Positions 19,955 through 31,333 of a stretch of DNA of 64,000 nt are shown here, in pieces. Location: positions 19,693 to 83,692 of the forward strand of contig CAVYVC010000043.1 in assembly GCA_963771845.1 (NCBI GenBank), in the 5' to 3' direction. Position 1 is the stretch's first letter, and each line of letters begins with the position of its first letter. The notes beneath the pieces were generated by a model that was given only the letters and a program-made list of their open reading frames with translations, ran no database searches and was not told the origin of the DNA. The DNA is from an uncultured Alphaproteobacteria bacterium (lineage in GTDB: Bacteria; Pseudomonadota; Alphaproteobacteria; Rhizobiales; Xanthobacteraceae). A program made the position numbers and the translations under genes.

Positions 19955-20272
19955 ATGGCCGATTTCAGCCTGTACGACCTGGAAAAGCGCATTGCGGAGC
20001 GAGCTCAGGCGAGCGCCGAGGTCTCCTATACGCGCCAGCTCCTGGACCGGGGGGCCGAACACTGCGCCAGAAAGCTCGGCGAGGAGGCGATTGAGACCGT
20101 GATCGCCGCCGGCAACGAGGATCGCGAGCGGTTGATCGCGGAAGCCGCTGATCTCATTTACCATTTATTGGTGCTGCTCAAGGCGCGCGGCATCGCCCTT
20201 GCGGAGGTGGAGAAAGCGCTCGCCGGGCGGACTGGGCAAACGGGCCTCCAGGAAAAAATGTCGCGCAGTTGA
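19955..20272 (+). CDS. hisE: phosphoribosyl-ATP pyrophosphatase
   Basis: [25 protein letters not shown]...[10 protein letters not shown]...[13 protein letters not shown], the HisE pattern. Start taken at the internal ATG (MADFSLYDL). Confidence 0.9.
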   Translation: MADFSLYDLEKRIAERAQASAEVSYTRQLLDRGAEHCARKLGEEAIETVIAAGNEDRERLIAEAADLIYHLLVLLKARGIALAEVEKALAGRTGQTGLQEKMSRS

Positions 20273-20280
20273 GCAAGCTT

Positions 20281-21234
20281 ATGGAGCAAAGAACGCAGGA
20301 CGGTCTGTCTCCCTACCGCGTCTTCTCGCGGGCGGAATGGGCGGAACGGCGCGCGGATACACCCATGACGCTCACCCAGGACGAGGTGAGCCGCCTGCGA
20401 TCGCTGCACGATCGCCTCGACATCCGGGAGGTCGAGGACATCTACCTCCCGCTCTCCCGCCTGCTCTCCATGTATGTGGCGGCGACCCAGCGCCTGTTCC
20501 GGGCCCAGCAGAGCTTCCTGGGCACTGAAGACAGCAAGATGCCCTACACCATCGGAATCGGCGGCTCGGTCGCGGTGGGCAAGTCGACGACAGCCCGTGT
20601 ATTGCAAGCCCTTTTGGCGCGCTGGCCGAACGTTCCCAAGGTTGATCTCGTCACCACCGACGGGTTCCTTTATCCCAATGCCGTTCTCGCGCGCGAAGGC
20701 CTCATGGAGAGGAAGGGTTTCCCTGAAAGCTATGATCTTCCGGCCTTGCTGCGGTTTCTTTCCGGCGTGAAGGCCGGCCGGCGGCCGACCCGCGCGCCCG
20801 TCTACTCTCACCTGGTCTATGACGTCATCGCGAACCAGTGGGTGGAGATCGATCGTCCGGATATTCTCATCGTCGAGGGGCTCAACGTCCTGCAGACGGG
20901 GCATCCTCCCAAAGGCGGCAAGATGATCCCCTACGTCTCGGACTTCTTCGATTTCTCGGTCTATCTCGATGCAGACGACAACGTGCTGCTCAACTGGTAC
21001 GTGGACAGGTTTCTTACGCTCCGCGGCACGGCATTCAGCGATCCCAAGTCATTCTTCCATCGCTACGCGACGCTGAGCGACGAGGACGCGGTGGAGACGG
21101 CGACCTCCATCTGGCGTCGGATCAATCTCCTCAATCTGCACGAGAACATTCTGCCGACCCGCCAGCGCGCTGACCTCATCTTGAAGAAAGCCGAAAGTCA
21201 TCTGGTGGAGGAGGTCGCGCTGCGAAAGCTATAA
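20281..21234 (+). CDS. coaA: type I pantothenate kinase
   Basis: P-loop [18 protein letters not shown] and the C-terminal CoaA pattern. Follows hisE, as I recall for related genomes. Confidence 0.9.
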   Translation: MEQRTQDGLSPYRVFSRAEWAERRADTPMTLTQDEVSRLRSLHDRLDIREVEDIYLPLSRLLSMYVAATQRLFRAQQSFLGTEDSKMPYTIGIGGSVAVGKSTTARVLQALLARWPNVPKVDLVTTDGFLYPNAVLAREGLMERKGFPESYDLPALLRFLSGVKAGRRPTRAPVYSHLVYDVIANQWVEIDRPDILIVEGLNVLQTGHPPKGGKMIPYVSDFFDFSVYLDADDNVLLNWYVDRFLTLRGTAFSDPKSFFHRYATLSDEDAVETATSIWRRINLLNLHENILPTRQRADLILKKAESHLVEEVALRKL

Positions 21235-21238
21235 CCGA

Positions 21239-23477
21239 TTACGCCGCGAGCTCGGCTTGTTCGGAAACCCTCGCCAGAATCTCCATCAGCTGCCGCCGCT
21301 CGAGCGGCTTGGTGAGGAACCCATCCATTCCGGCGGCGAGACTTGTTGCGCGGTCTTCCTCGAACGCGTTGGCAGTCAGCGCAAATATGGGAACGCGGCC
21401 TGCGCCGTGCTCCGCCTCCAAGGCGCGAATTGCTCGTGTCGCCTCAATCCCGTTCTTGCCGGGCATATGCAGATCCATGAGCAGAAGATCGTAATGAGCG
21501 CCGGCCGCCTCGCATGTATGCCATGCCTCGACGGTCGCATCGCCGCTCGCCACCACGGTGGGCCGATGGCCGAGCCTGATCAGCAGCGCTCTCGCAAGCA
21601 GCGCGTTGATCTCGTTGTCCTCGGCGACCAGGATTGCAAGCCCCTGCGGCGCGTCGGCTGTTCCTTTTTGTGACGTCGAAAGATGCGTCGCTTCGTGCTC
21701 GGCGCATTCGAAGCCGCTTTCCCCGGCCGTCATCTGCGCCGCGAGTGAGGCCGTGCGGATCGGCTTTACGAGATATCCGGTGAAGCCCGCCTGCTTGAGA
21801 GGCGCAAGATCGCGACGCTCCGCGGGCCTGATCAAGACCAATCGGCGGTCGCATCGAAATCACGTGCCCCAGCCGCGTGCAGGTATCCCTGCCGAGCGCA
21901 TAATCGAGGAGGACGGCGCTCCAGGTGCGCTCGGAGAGGAGCGAACGCGCACTCACCTCGTCGGGAGCAACACATGTGCGGGCGCCCCAATCGCACAGCC
22001 GGCGCGCAATGAGCGAGGCGTTCAACACCCAAGGGGAGACGATCAGCACGTCCACGCCCGATAGGTCGGGACGCTGCAGCGACACTTGCTCTTGCTCCGC
22101 CGCAGCCGGCAACGGCAGCGAAATATGAAAAGTCGAACCGGCGCCTGGCATGCTCTCGACGCCGATCTTGCCGCCCATGTGCTCAACGACGCGCTTGGAG
22201 ATTGCAAGACCGAGGCCGGTTCCCCCGAACTTGCGGCTCGCGACCGCGTCGGCTTGCTCGAATTCCAGAAAAATCCGGCTCTGTTCTTGCGCCGGAATGC
22301 CGATGCCGGTATCGCGCACAGCAAATCGGACCTGCTCAAGCTCTCCTTGTTCAACCGTGAGCGTGATGCCGCCCGTGTCAGTGAACTTGATCGCATTGCC
22401 GGCAAGATTGAGCAAAATCTGACGCAGTCGAGCTGCGTCACCGAGGACGTTCGCCGGCAGGCTGTCCTCCACATACGAGCCGATCTCGAGATTCTTCTCA
22501 TGTGCCCTGGGCGCGATAAGCTCGACGGTTTCCTCGACCATGGCACGCAGGTCGAATGGACGCATCTGCGTCACAAGGCGTCCAGCCTCGACTTTGGAAA
22601 AATCGAGAATCTCGTCGATCAATGAAAGCAGCAGCTCTCCGCAATCCTTCACCGCCCTGGCATACGTGGTCTGCTCAGGCGTGAGACCGGTGTCGAGCAG
22701 AAGGTCGGACATCCCCAGAATGCCGTTGAGTGGTGTTCTGATCTCGTGCGAGATCATCGCGAGGAAGCGCGACTTCGCGCGATTGGCTGCTTCCGCCTGA
22801 TTGCGCGCCTGGGACAAAGCGCGCTCCGCTTCCACCCGCTCGGTGATATCGCGTCCCACGCTTTGCACCTGCGCCGATTGACCCGCCCGAACGATGACTT
22901 CACGCCAGGCGATCCATCGCTCGCCTTCGGGCGTCGCGATCTTCTGATCATGGATGCGCGTGCCATCGCAGAGCAGCCTCGGCTCGCCTTGCGCGATGAC
23001 GGGTAGGGCGAACGCGCTGCCCACAAGCTCCTCGCGAGCACGCCCGCTGGCCCGGCAAAAGGTATCGTTGGCGTAGCTCACGATGTTTGCATCGTCCCTC
23101 CTGACAATCAGATCGCCTTGCGCCTCCAGCAGGCTGCGCGCGCGCTCCTCGCCTTCCTTGAGTTCCCAATTCTGGTCACAGAGGTCTTCCACGCGGCGCG
23201 ACAGACCACGCATCCGCACGCGCATCGAGCGCAAGCTGGAAGCAAGCAGTCCGATGACGCCGCAGGCGGCGCCGAAGAGTGCCGCCGCCCCAACCGCAAA
23301 GGTATGCGGATTGTAATGCAATTGCGGGTTTTTGATCGCGGCCAGAAACCCGAACCCTGCTGCAAACGACATGGAAAGGAGAGCAAGCGCGCGCAGCAGG
23401 GTCGAAACCGCGCGCACGACGGCCAGCCGCTGGGGCTTGCCCCCCCTGTTGAAGAACTGCCGCATTTCGCTCGCCAT
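21239..23477 (-). pseudogene. hybrid sensor histidine kinase/response regulator, frameshifted
   Basis: The 677-aa ORF has TM helices, a PAS-like region, HisKA (ISHEIRTPLNGI), HATPase_c (GTGLGLAI) and a degenerate receiver, then runs into nonsense. The 200-aa ORF in another frame continues VLIRPAERRDL... into a complete receiver (LLLMDLHMPGKNG...TKP). The frame break lies near 21842-21865. Confidence 0.75.
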
Positions 23478-23623
23478 CCCCGCGGCGCCGTTTTTTGGCG
23501 CCTGGTCGCGGTCTTCCCGCTGTTCTTAGCGAGCGACTCTCGGCTTGGAGTGTTTGCAATTCCCTTGCGTGTGGCGCCACGCCAGAGCGGCTCTCGCCGA
23601 CAATGTTAATGCAAGGCTAACGA

Positions 23624-24112
23624 TTACCAGGAATCGGCGACTTCGCCGCCGCGGAGTAGAGCCTTGCCCTCGTCGTGCTTCACCGCCGCGAACAGCGCCG
23701 CCGCATCGCGATGGCCAAATCGCGCCGAATGCACGTAGAGTTTCAAATCGCCGGCGCTTGGTTCGTTGGATAAAGCAATGGTGATGTCGGAGGGCTGGGT
23801 ATCGGCTACCACGCGTACCCTCTTGATCGCGCCCGCCGATGCGCAGGCATTTCCATCGCCGGCTCCGAAATCATCAACCACGGCAAAATCCGCGTTCTGC
23901 ACGTCTGGGATGACTTGAATGCGCAGATCAGGATTGGCGAGAGGTGCCACGATCTTCACGCGCAGATCTGCGGCTACGAGGCCGGGCGCCACCTGATACG
24001 TTATTGCTCCGGCGGTGAAGCATAGAGGTGGCGCGGAAGCGGTGAAGGGCGGTGCTGCTGCCGGGATGCCAGCGACCAGGAGCAGAATCAAAACCTTTTG
24101 CAGATGATCCAT
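23624..24112 (-). CDS. secreted hypothetical protein
   Basis: 162 aa with signal peptide MDHLQKVLILLLVAGIPAAA. No recognisable domain. Confidence 0.5.
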   Translation of the reverse strand: MDHLQKVLILLLVAGIPAAAPPFTASAPPLCFTAGAITYQVAPGLVAADLRVKIVAPLANPDLRIQVIPDVQNADFAVVDDFGAGDGNACASAGAIKRVRVVADTQPSDITIALSNEPSAGDLKLYVHSARFGHRDAAALFAAVKHDEGKALLRGGEVADSW

Positions 24113-24206
24113 GCGGGTGCCTGCAGTCGAGACCGACCGCAGGAGAGGTTAGCGACAAGTGCTTACGGAAATATTAACCTTAATAAAGGGTGCATGCGTT
24201 TTAAGG

Positions 24207-25745
24207 TCACGCCGCCCGCCTGATCTCGTCAGCAAGGGTGCGGTACGAGATCGCCTCGGCGAGGTGCACGCGGCCGACCTTATCGACGCCATCGAGGTCG
24301 GCAAGCGTGCGTGCCACCCGCAGAACGCGATGATAGCCGCGAGCGGAGAGCCGCATGGCATCGGTTGCGTCGCGCAGCAGCGCCAAGCCTGCGGCATCGG
24401 GTCGTGCGACGTCCTCCAGGATGGAGCCCTGTACCACTGCGTTGGTGCGGATGTGGGGGAGCCCGATTGCCGCATAACGCGCAGCCTGCCGCTCGCGAGC
24501 GCGGGCAACGCGGTCTGCCACTTCGCGGCTTCCTTCCGCGGGCGGTGGCAAGATCAGGTCGGCCGCCGTCACCGCCGGCACTTCGATGTTGAGATCGATG
24601 CGGTCGAGCAATGGACCGGAGAGCCGCATCTGATACTCGGCCGCGCAGCGTGCGCTCGGACCGCGCTTGCAGGCGAAGCCCGGTTCGTTCGCCCGCCCGC
24701 AGCGGCACGGGTTCATGGCGGCAACCAGCATGAACCGCGCGGGATAGGTCACGCGATGATTTGCCCGCGCGATTGCGACCTCTCCGTTCTCAAGCGGCTG
24801 CCGCAGCGAGTCGAGTGCGTGCGGGTGGAATTCCGGCAGTTCGTCCAGGAAGAGGACCCCATGATGAGCAAGCGACGCTTCGCCGGGCCGGGCGCGCAGG
24901 CCGCCACCCACCAATGCCGCCATGCTGGCGGAATGGTGAGGCGCTCGAAACGGCCGTCGATTGGTGAGCGCTCCACCCTCGATCTCACCCGCGACCGAAG
25001 CAATCATTGACACTTCGAGCAACTCTGCCGGTGTGAGTGGCGGAAGAATGCCGGGAAGGCGCGCGGCCAGCATCGACTTGCCGGCCCCGGGCGGGCCGAC
25101 CATGAGCAGGTTGTGGCCTCCGGCCGCTGCCAGTTCGAGAGCGCGCTTGGCGCTTTCCTGGCCCTTGATGTCCTTGAGGTCTACGAGCCGCTCTTCGAAT
25201 TCGCGGATTTTCGGCTGGGGACGGGAGAGCACCTGCGTGCCGCGAAAGTGGTTGGCGAGCTGGATGAGGGAAGCGGCCGCGGTGATCTCCATCTCCGGGC
25301 TTGCCCAAGCGGCCTCGGGCCCACAGGCAGACGGGCAAATGAGGCCCTCGCTTCTGCCGTTGGCTGCAATTGCCGCCGGCAGCACGCCGGCAACCGCGGT
25401 GATGGAGCCGTCGAGACCCAACTCCCCCAGCACGGTGAAACCGGAAAGCGCGTCGGCGGGAATCGCCCCCATCGCCGCCATCAATCCGAGCGCGATGGGC
25501 AAATCGTAGTGGCTGCCCTCCTTGGGCAGGTCCGCCGGCGCGAGATTGACGGTAATTCGCCGCGCCGGAAGGGCAAGCCCCGAAGCAACCAACGCAGCGC
25601 GGACCCGCTCGCGCGCCTCGGACACCGCCTTGTCCGGTAACCCGACCACATTGAAGCGCGGCAGCCCCGGAGCGATCTGGACCTGGACGTCAACGGCGCG
25701 GGCTTCGATGCCCTCGAACGCAACCGTTGCAACTCGCTGTACCAT
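24207..25745 (-). CDS. comM: YifB/ComM-family Mg-chelatase-like AAA+ ATPase
   Basis: N-terminal Lon-protease-like domain, Walker A GPPGAGKS, and VLFLDELPEF. Trimmed to Met (MVQRVATVAFEG). Confidence 0.9.
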   Translation of the reverse strand: MVQRVATVAFEGIEARAVDVQVQIAPGLPRFNVVGLPDKAVSEARERVRAALVASGLALPARRITVNLAPADLPKEGSHYDLPIALGLMAAMGAIPADALSGFTVLGELGLDGSITAVAGVLPAAIAANGRSEGLICPSACGPEAAWASPEMEITAAASLIQLANHFRGTQVLSRPQPKIREFEERLVDLKDIKGQESAKRALELAAAGGHNLLMVGPPGAGKSMLAARLPGILPPLTPAELLEVSMIASVAGEIEGGALTNRRPFRAPHHSASMAALVGGGLRARPGEASLAHHGVLFLDELPEFHPHALDSLRQPLENGEVAIARANHRVTYPARFMLVAAMNPCRCGRANEPGFACKRGPSARCAAEYQMRLSGPLLDRIDLNIEVPAVTAADLILPPPAEGSREVADRVARARERQAARYAAIGLPHIRTNAVVQGSILEDVARPDAAGLALLRDATDAMRLSARGYHRVLRVARTLADLDGVDKVGRVHLAEAISYRTLADEIRRAA

Positions 25746-25841
25746 GGCTGCCCCTGCCTCGCCGCACGAGATTAGCGCAGTCCCGCACTGCGCGCAAGAA
25801 CAATACGAGAACAAGAGGTCGCGGGCGCGATCGGAGGTTCG

Positions 25842-26783
25842 CTACCGCCGCTTTGCCTCAATGCAATCCCAGATCATGGCCGCGATGTCAGGGCCGTCGA
25901 AGTTCTTCACCGCCCGGATACCTGTGGGCGAGGTCACGTTGATTTCGGTCAGATAGCCGTCGATGACATCAATGCCCGCGAAAAGCAGCCCGCGCTCGCG
26001 CAGTGGCGGCCCAATCACCTCACAAATTGTGCGCTCCCGGTCCGTAAGATCGGTCTTTGTGGGCGTGCCCCCGCGCACCATGTTTGAGCGCAAATCATCG
26101 GGTGCAGGGACGCGGTTGACGGCGCCCGCAAATTCCCCATCCACCAAAATGATGCGTTTATCGCCGTTCTTCACCGCGGGAAGGAATTTCTGCACCACCC
26201 ATTGTTCGCGAAACGTGACGGTGAAGAGATCGTAAAGGGACCCGAAGTTGAGGTCCTCCCGGCCGAGGTGAAAGACCGCCTCGCCGCCCTTCCCGTAAAG
26301 CGGCTTCATGACGATGTCGCCATGCTCGGCCCGAAACGCCTTGATCTCCGCAAGGTCGCGGGTGATCAGAGTGGGCGGCATCAGGTCGGGAAACTCCATC
26401 ACCAGCATCTTTTCCGGGGCGTTGCGTACCGCCGAGGGCTCGTTCACCACGAGTGTCCTCGGATGCAGGCGCTCAAGCAAATAGGTGGTGGTGATATAAG
26501 CGAGGTCGAATGGGGGGTCCTGACGCAACAGGACGACGTCGAACTCATCAAGGCTTACGCTTGCAGGCCCGCCCAGGTTGAAATGGTCCCCTTCCTTGTC
26601 GCGCACGTGCAGCGCCTGCACCGCCGCAAACAGACGCGCCCCGCGCAACGCCAGGCGATCGGGCGTGTAATACGAGATTTCGTGATTTCTCCTCTGCGCC
26701 TCCAGCAGGAGGGCAAACGTGGAATCGCCGCGAATGTTGATCCGTTCGATCGGATCCATCTGAACGGCGACTCTCAGGCGCAT
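25842..26783 (-). CDS. gshB: glutathione synthetase
   Basis: 313 aa with [24 protein letters not shown] at the N-terminus and an ATP-grasp C-terminal domain typical of GshB. Confidence 0.92.
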   Translation of the reverse strand: MRLRVAVQMDPIERINIRGDSTFALLLEAQRRNHEISYYTPDRLALRGARLFAAVQALHVRDKEGDHFNLGGPASVSLDEFDVVLLRQDPPFDLAYITTTYLLERLHPRTLVVNEPSAVRNAPEKMLVMEFPDLMPPTLITRDLAEIKAFRAEHGDIVMKPLYGKGGEAVFHLGREDLNFGSLYDLFTVTFREQWVVQKFLPAVKNGDKRIILVDGEFAGAVNRVPAPDDLRSNMVRGGTPTKTDLTDRERTICEVIGPPLRERGLLFAGIDVIDGYLTEINVTSPTGIRAVKNFDGPDIAAMIWDCIEAKRR

Positions 26784-26871
26784 TTACACCCCGCAACGGT
26801 TCGGTAACGCAAATGGGACATTAAGAACTTATCCCCCAAGCTCATGCGTACTTTCAGGGCGGAGAAACGAC

Positions 26872-28554
26872 GTGAAACTGCCGAATTTATCGATTGCGAA
26901 GAAGCTCTACCTGATCTTCACGCTGCTCGCCACTGTGACGGTCGCGCTTGCCGCCGTAGCCGTCTCGAACGCGCGCCGTCACGCCGCCCTTACGGATGAA
27001 TTTCGATCGTCATTCATCGGCGCGATGAATGTCGAGCTGGTGAATGGCCTCATCTACGCGGTGGTGATGGAGTCGCGCGGCATCTACATGTCCTCCGATA
27101 TTCCCACCGCCAAGGTGTATGGCGAAGGGCTACTGGTGTTCAATGAGCGCATCGGCGAGGTCGTGCGCGAGTGGCAGCGCTCCGTGCGCCCGGAGGATCA
27201 GGCGTTGTTCGACGCCTTCGCAAAGCGCATCCACCAGTTTCAGGAGTTCCGGCGCGAGCTGGTGCGCCGCGGCGTGGAGATTTCCCCGGCGGCAGGTCGC
27301 GAATGGGGGGACAACGATGCCAACCGGAGCGTGCGCAAGGCGCTCAACAGGGACCTCACCAAGCTCGGCGAACTTTATGCCAAGCGCTCTGAGCGCGTCT
27401 ATAACGAGATCGATGATGGCATCTCCGCGACCGCTTGGCTGATCGGAATCATTGCGGGCTTCGCGGTGCTATTGGCGGCGCTCGGAGCCGTCATCATCAG
27501 CCGGGCGGTTGCGCGCCCGCTGGCCAAGATAACCGCGCTGACCCAAGCTGTAGCCGCGGGCGATCTCGATGGTGCCGTGGTTCATCGCGAGCGCAGCGAC
27601 GAGATCGGTGCGCTCGCCCGCTCGATCGGGGTGTTCCAGGAGACCATGCGCAAGAATAAGGACCTCAACCGCACGGTCCTTGCCGATGCCGAGGCGCGCG
27701 CGCGCCGCCAGGAGGAAATGTCGCGTGAGATCAGCCGCTTCGGCGCGGAGGTCGAAGCGACACTCGCCGAGCTCGGCCGCATTTCCGATCAGATGCTCGC
27801 AGCCTCGGGCCGCCTGACCGGAGCCGCGGACAATGCCTCAACGCGGACGAATAGCGCGGCCTCGGCCTCCGCGGACGCATCGGCTAATGTTCGCGATATC
27901 GCTTCAGCAGCCGATGAGCTTGCCGCGTCGGTGACGGAGATCGACCGCCAGGTCGCGCAATCAAACTCGATCGCCGGTAAAGCAGTCAGCGAGGCCGAGT
28001 GGACAAATGCGATGGTCAAGGAGCTCGATGAAGCCGCTGGGCGGATCAGCCATGTCGTCCGTCTGATCAACGATATTGCCGAGCAGACCAACCTGCTTGC
28101 GCTCAACGCCACAATAGAAGCGGCGCGTGCCGGCGAGGCTGGTCGCGGCTTTGCTGTCGTGGCGAGCGAGGTCAAAGCGCTCGCCGGGCAAACCGCCAAA
28201 GCCACCGAAGAAATCAGTGGACAGATCTCAGGCATGCAGCAGGCAACCGCGCGCTCGATCGAAGCGCTCGGAGCCATTGAGCGCACAATCCGCAATATCG
28301 GCGACATCAGCGGCGCGATTGCCGCCGCCGTGACGGAGCAGGGCGCTGCCACCCAGGAAATTGCGCGCAGTGTGGAAACGGCGGCGAAGCGGACCATGGA
28401 GACTGCAGAAGAGGTCGTGCGGGTGGGTGAGGCGACCGCCGCGACGCGCGAAAGCGCCATGGCAGTCAAAACGGTGGCCGATGATCTTGGTGCGGTTGCC
28501 GGGAGAGTTCGTGCGCAGGTCGATCAGTTCTTTGCCAAGCTAAACGCCGCCTGA
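26872..28554 (+). CDS. methyl-accepting chemotaxis protein
   Basis: Two TM helices, a HAMP domain, and the highly conserved signalling hairpin ([37 protein letters not shown]). Confidence 0.9.
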   Translation: MKLPNLSIAKKLYLIFTLLATVTVALAAVAVSNARRHAALTDEFRSSFIGAMNVELVNGLIYAVVMESRGIYMSSDIPTAKVYGEGLLVFNERIGEVVREWQRSVRPEDQALFDAFAKRIHQFQEFRRELVRRGVEISPAAGREWGDNDANRSVRKALNRDLTKLGELYAKRSERVYNEIDDGISATAWLIGIIAGFAVLLAALGAVIISRAVARPLAKITALTQAVAAGDLDGAVVHRERSDEIGALARSIGVFQETMRKNKDLNRTVLADAEARARRQEEMSREISRFGAEVEATLAELGRISDQMLAASGRLTGAADNASTRTNSAASASADASANVRDIASAADELAASVTEIDRQVAQSNSIAGKAVSEAEWTNAMVKELDEAAGRISHVVRLINDIAEQTNLLALNATIEAARAGEAGRGFAVVASEVKALAGQTAKATEEISGQISGMQQATARSIEALGAIERTIRNIGDISGAIAAAVTEQGAATQEIARSVETAAKRTMETAEEVVRVGEATAATRESAMAVKTVADDLGAVAGRVRAQVDQFFAKLNAA

Positions 28555-28575
28555 CGCGATTTCACCAGCCTGCCG

Positions 28576-28989
28576 TCATCGGCCGGCTTCAAATGCCCCC
28601 GCGACGTGGCGCGGCATACGGCCGGGCGCGACCAACATGGCGTCGAAACGAATATCGCGGATGCGGTCGTCGCCATAGCGGGCAAGCCAGGCCTCGGCCG
28701 CCCCGACAATGCGAGCGCGCTGGTGTTCGGTTACGGACCACGCTGCTTCCTCAAGGCTTGGACGCGCCTTGACTTCAACGAAGACCAGCAGCGCTCGCCG
28801 CCTTGCGATGATATCGATCTCGCCGAGGGGGCACTTCCAGCGGCGTGCCACGATCCGGAATCCCTTCGCGATCAGAAAAACCGCCGCCCGGCTCTCGGCC
28901 GAGATGCCGGTACGAAATGCAACCTGTTGGCGCGCTCGCGCATCGGTTTCTGTCGGACGCGCGCGGGTGCGCGGAAATTCATCGTCCAT
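28576..28989 (-). CDS. yraN: YraN-family (UPF0102) endonuclease-like protein
   Basis: GEIDIIARR...LVFVEVKAR motif. Overlaps the rsmI 3' end by 11 nt. Confidence 0.8.
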   Translation of the reverse strand: MDDEFPRTRARPTETDARARQQVAFRTGISAESRAAVFLIAKGFRIVARRWKCPLGEIDIIARRRALLVFVEVKARPSLEEAAWSVTEHQRARIVGAAEAWLARYGDDRIRDIRFDAMLVAPGRMPRHVAGAFEAGR

Positions 28990-29908
28990 GCTGGCGCTCC
29001 TGTTGTAGCGCGAGCGCGCGCTGGTAGATCATGCGTCTCGGCGCTCCGGTACGGGCGGCGATCTCGGCAACAGCGTCCTTGAGGGACAGCCGCCGCAGAG
29101 CGTCATGTAACAGCGCATCGTGATCCACCATCGAGGTCTCATCCTCTTGCGGCGGTGAGATGACAATCACGATTTCACCACGCGCCGTGGCGCCGCCGGC
29201 GTAATCGCCGGCCAGAGTTGGAAGCTCCCCACGCCGAACCTCTTCGTGCAACTTGGTCAGCTCGCGGCATATGGCCGCCTCGCGCCGGCCAAGCTCAGCG
29301 GCAAGATCATTGAGGGTCGCGCTGATGCGAGGACCGGACTCAAACACGATCAAGCTCGCCGGAATGGACTTGATCTCTTTGATCCGGGCCTGCCGCTGGT
29401 TTTCTTTGGGCGGCAGGAAGCCTTGGAAGAAAAAACGGTCGGTCGCTATGCCGCTTACCGACAACGCTGCGAGCACCGCAGAAGGTCCGGGCACTGCCGT
29501 CACGCTGCGCCCCGCAATGACGGTCTCGCGCACGAGCTTGAAGCCCGGATCGGAAATCAACGGAGTTCCGGCATCGCTGATGACGGCGATTGTGGCTCCT
29601 TTCGCGAGGCGAGCGATGAGCTTGGGGCGGGCGAGGGCAGCATTATGTTCATGATAGGGGGTGGTGGGCGTCGAAATCCCGTAATGGTCGAGCAGCGTGC
29701 GGCTCCTGCGGGTGTCCTCGCAGGCAATCAGATCCGCCGCGGCCAAGACCTCCAGCGCGCGCAACGTTATATCGCGCAAATTGCCGATCGGGGTGGCCAC
29801 GAGGTGCAGACCGGAAGCAAGAGGCGGCGCAAGGAAAGCCTGCCCATTGACCACGTATTGCCGTGCGGCGCGCTCCCGACGAGAACTCGCTGGCCGTTCT
29901 GTTGCCAT
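28979..29908 (-). CDS. rsmI: 16S rRNA (cytidine1402-2'-O)-methyltransferase
   Basis: [22 protein letters not shown]...CEDTR and the tetrapyrrole-methylase-like fold pattern of RsmI. Confidence 0.9.
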   Translation of the reverse strand: MATERPASSRRERAARQYVVNGQAFLAPPLASGLHLVATPIGNLRDITLRALEVLAAADLIACEDTRRSRTLLDHYGISTPTTPYHEHNAALARPKLIARLAKGATIAVISDAGTPLISDPGFKLVRETVIAGRSVTAVPGPSAVLAALSVSGIATDRFFFQGFLPPKENQRQARIKEIKSIPASLIVFESGPRISATLNDLAAELGRREAAICRELTKLHEEVRRGELPTLAGDYAGGATARGEIVIVISPPQEDETSMVDHDALLHDALRRLSLKDAVAEIAARTGAPRRMIYQRALALQQERQHGR

Positions 29909-30102
29909 ACCCGGATACTCTATTGGCGCTCTGTGCGGAGGTTAAGGGCCCCGCAACAGAGCTCGTCCGGTCGAGGGATCAGCCTGGCCGGCTGAAATCA
30001 TTATCCTTTTCACTTGGTTAAGCTTTTGCGGGCAAAATGCCGGTTGCAGGCGCGGACTGACGGTGACATCGTGGGGGGCTGCCGTAGAGGAGACCGGCAC
30101 TG

Positions 30103-31305
30103 ATGTTGCGAGTATTGCAGGCCTCTCCCCTGTCGCGCGCCTTGCGCTCGCTCGTCTTGGTGGGATGGGCGGTGCTGCTGGCCGGTTGCTCGGGCAACTT
30201 CTCGCTTGGCGACCTGTTGCCGAACTCTTCGCCCACTGCGCCATCGCAACCCACGACCAGCATTGGCACTGGCCAAGTGAAGGTTGGTCTCATCTTGCCG
30301 CTATCGGGCAGCGGGAACGCAGGCGTGGCGGCGCAGTCCATGCGCAATGCAGCCGAGATGGCGCTGTCGGAGTTCAACAGTCCCGATATCCAGCTCCTGG
30401 TCAAGGATGACGGCGGCCGGGCGCCAGGAGCACAGCAAGCCGCGCAACAGGTCCTCGACGAAGGCGCGGAGATCATCCTGGGACCGCTATTTGCGCTCAC
30501 GGTTACGCCGGTGGGCCAGATTGCCCGCGCGCGCAACGTGCCTGTCATTGCATTCTCGACCGACGCGAACGTGGCGGCCCACGGCGTCTATCTCTTGAGC
30601 TTCCTTCCGGAATCGGACGTGGATCGGATCATTACCTATGCTGCGAGCCAAGGCCGTCGCTCGTATGCGGCGCTCGTGCCGGACAACGCGTATGGCACCG
30701 TGATCGAAGCGGCGTTCAAACAAGTCGTGCCGCGGCGCGGCGGCCAGATCGTGGCGCTCGAGCGCTATCCCCTCGACAAGGCGCAGATGCAGGGACCGAT
30801 ACGCAACGTGGCGCAAGCGGCGGCTCGCGCGGACGCCATTTTCATCCCGGACGGTGCCGAGGCGGTCGGGACCGCCGTGCAGACGCTGATTGCAGGCGGC
30901 GTCGATACCAAGCGCGTGCAGCTTCTCGGTACCGGACTGTGGGAAGACGCCCAGGTTTTCTCCAATCCACAGCTCAATGGCGGCTGGTATGCAGGGCCGG
31001 ACTCCTCGGGCTTCCGCAATTTTTCCGCGCGCTACCGCTCCCGTTATGGGCAGGACCCCGTGCGGACGGCTTCGCTTTCCTATGACGCCGTGGCGCTTGT
31101 TGCCGCTCTGGTGAAAACCCAGGGCAAGCAGCGCTTCACCGATGAGGTGTTGACGAATGCGTCCGGGTTTGCCGGAATCGACGGCCTGTTTCGGTTCCGG
31201 CCGGATGGCACCAATCAACGCGGACTTGCCGTGCTGCGCGTCTCGCCGACAGGTGGCCAAATCGTCAGTCCCCCGCCCAAGGCTTTCGGCGGCTCTGGGA
31301 CGTAA
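30103..31305 (+). CDS. periplasmic-binding-fold lipoprotein (LpoA-like / Peripla_BP_6)
   Basis: Lipobox LLAGC, then VKVGLILPLSGSGNAG and a type-1 PBP fold pattern. Divergent from rsmI. Confidence 0.7.
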   Translation: MLRVLQASPLSRALRSLVLVGWAVLLAGCSGNFSLGDLLPNSSPTAPSQPTTSIGTGQVKVGLILPLSGSGNAGVAAQSMRNAAEMALSEFNSPDIQLLVKDDGGRAPGAQQAAQQVLDEGAEIILGPLFALTVTPVGQIARARNVPVIAFSTDANVAAHGVYLLSFLPESDVDRIITYAASQGRRSYAALVPDNAYGTVIEAAFKQVVPRRGGQIVALERYPLDKAQMQGPIRNVAQAAARADAIFIPDGAEAVGTAVQTLIAGGVDTKRVQLLGTGLWEDAQVFSNPQLNGGWYAGPDSSGFRNFSARYRSRYGQDPVRTASLSYDAVALVAALVKTQGKQRFTDEVLTNASGFAGIDGLFRFRPDGTNQRGLAVLRVSPTGGQIVSPPPKAFGGSGT

Positions 31306-31333
31306 CGCTTCCCCCTCCTCCGTCGCGGCCCGA

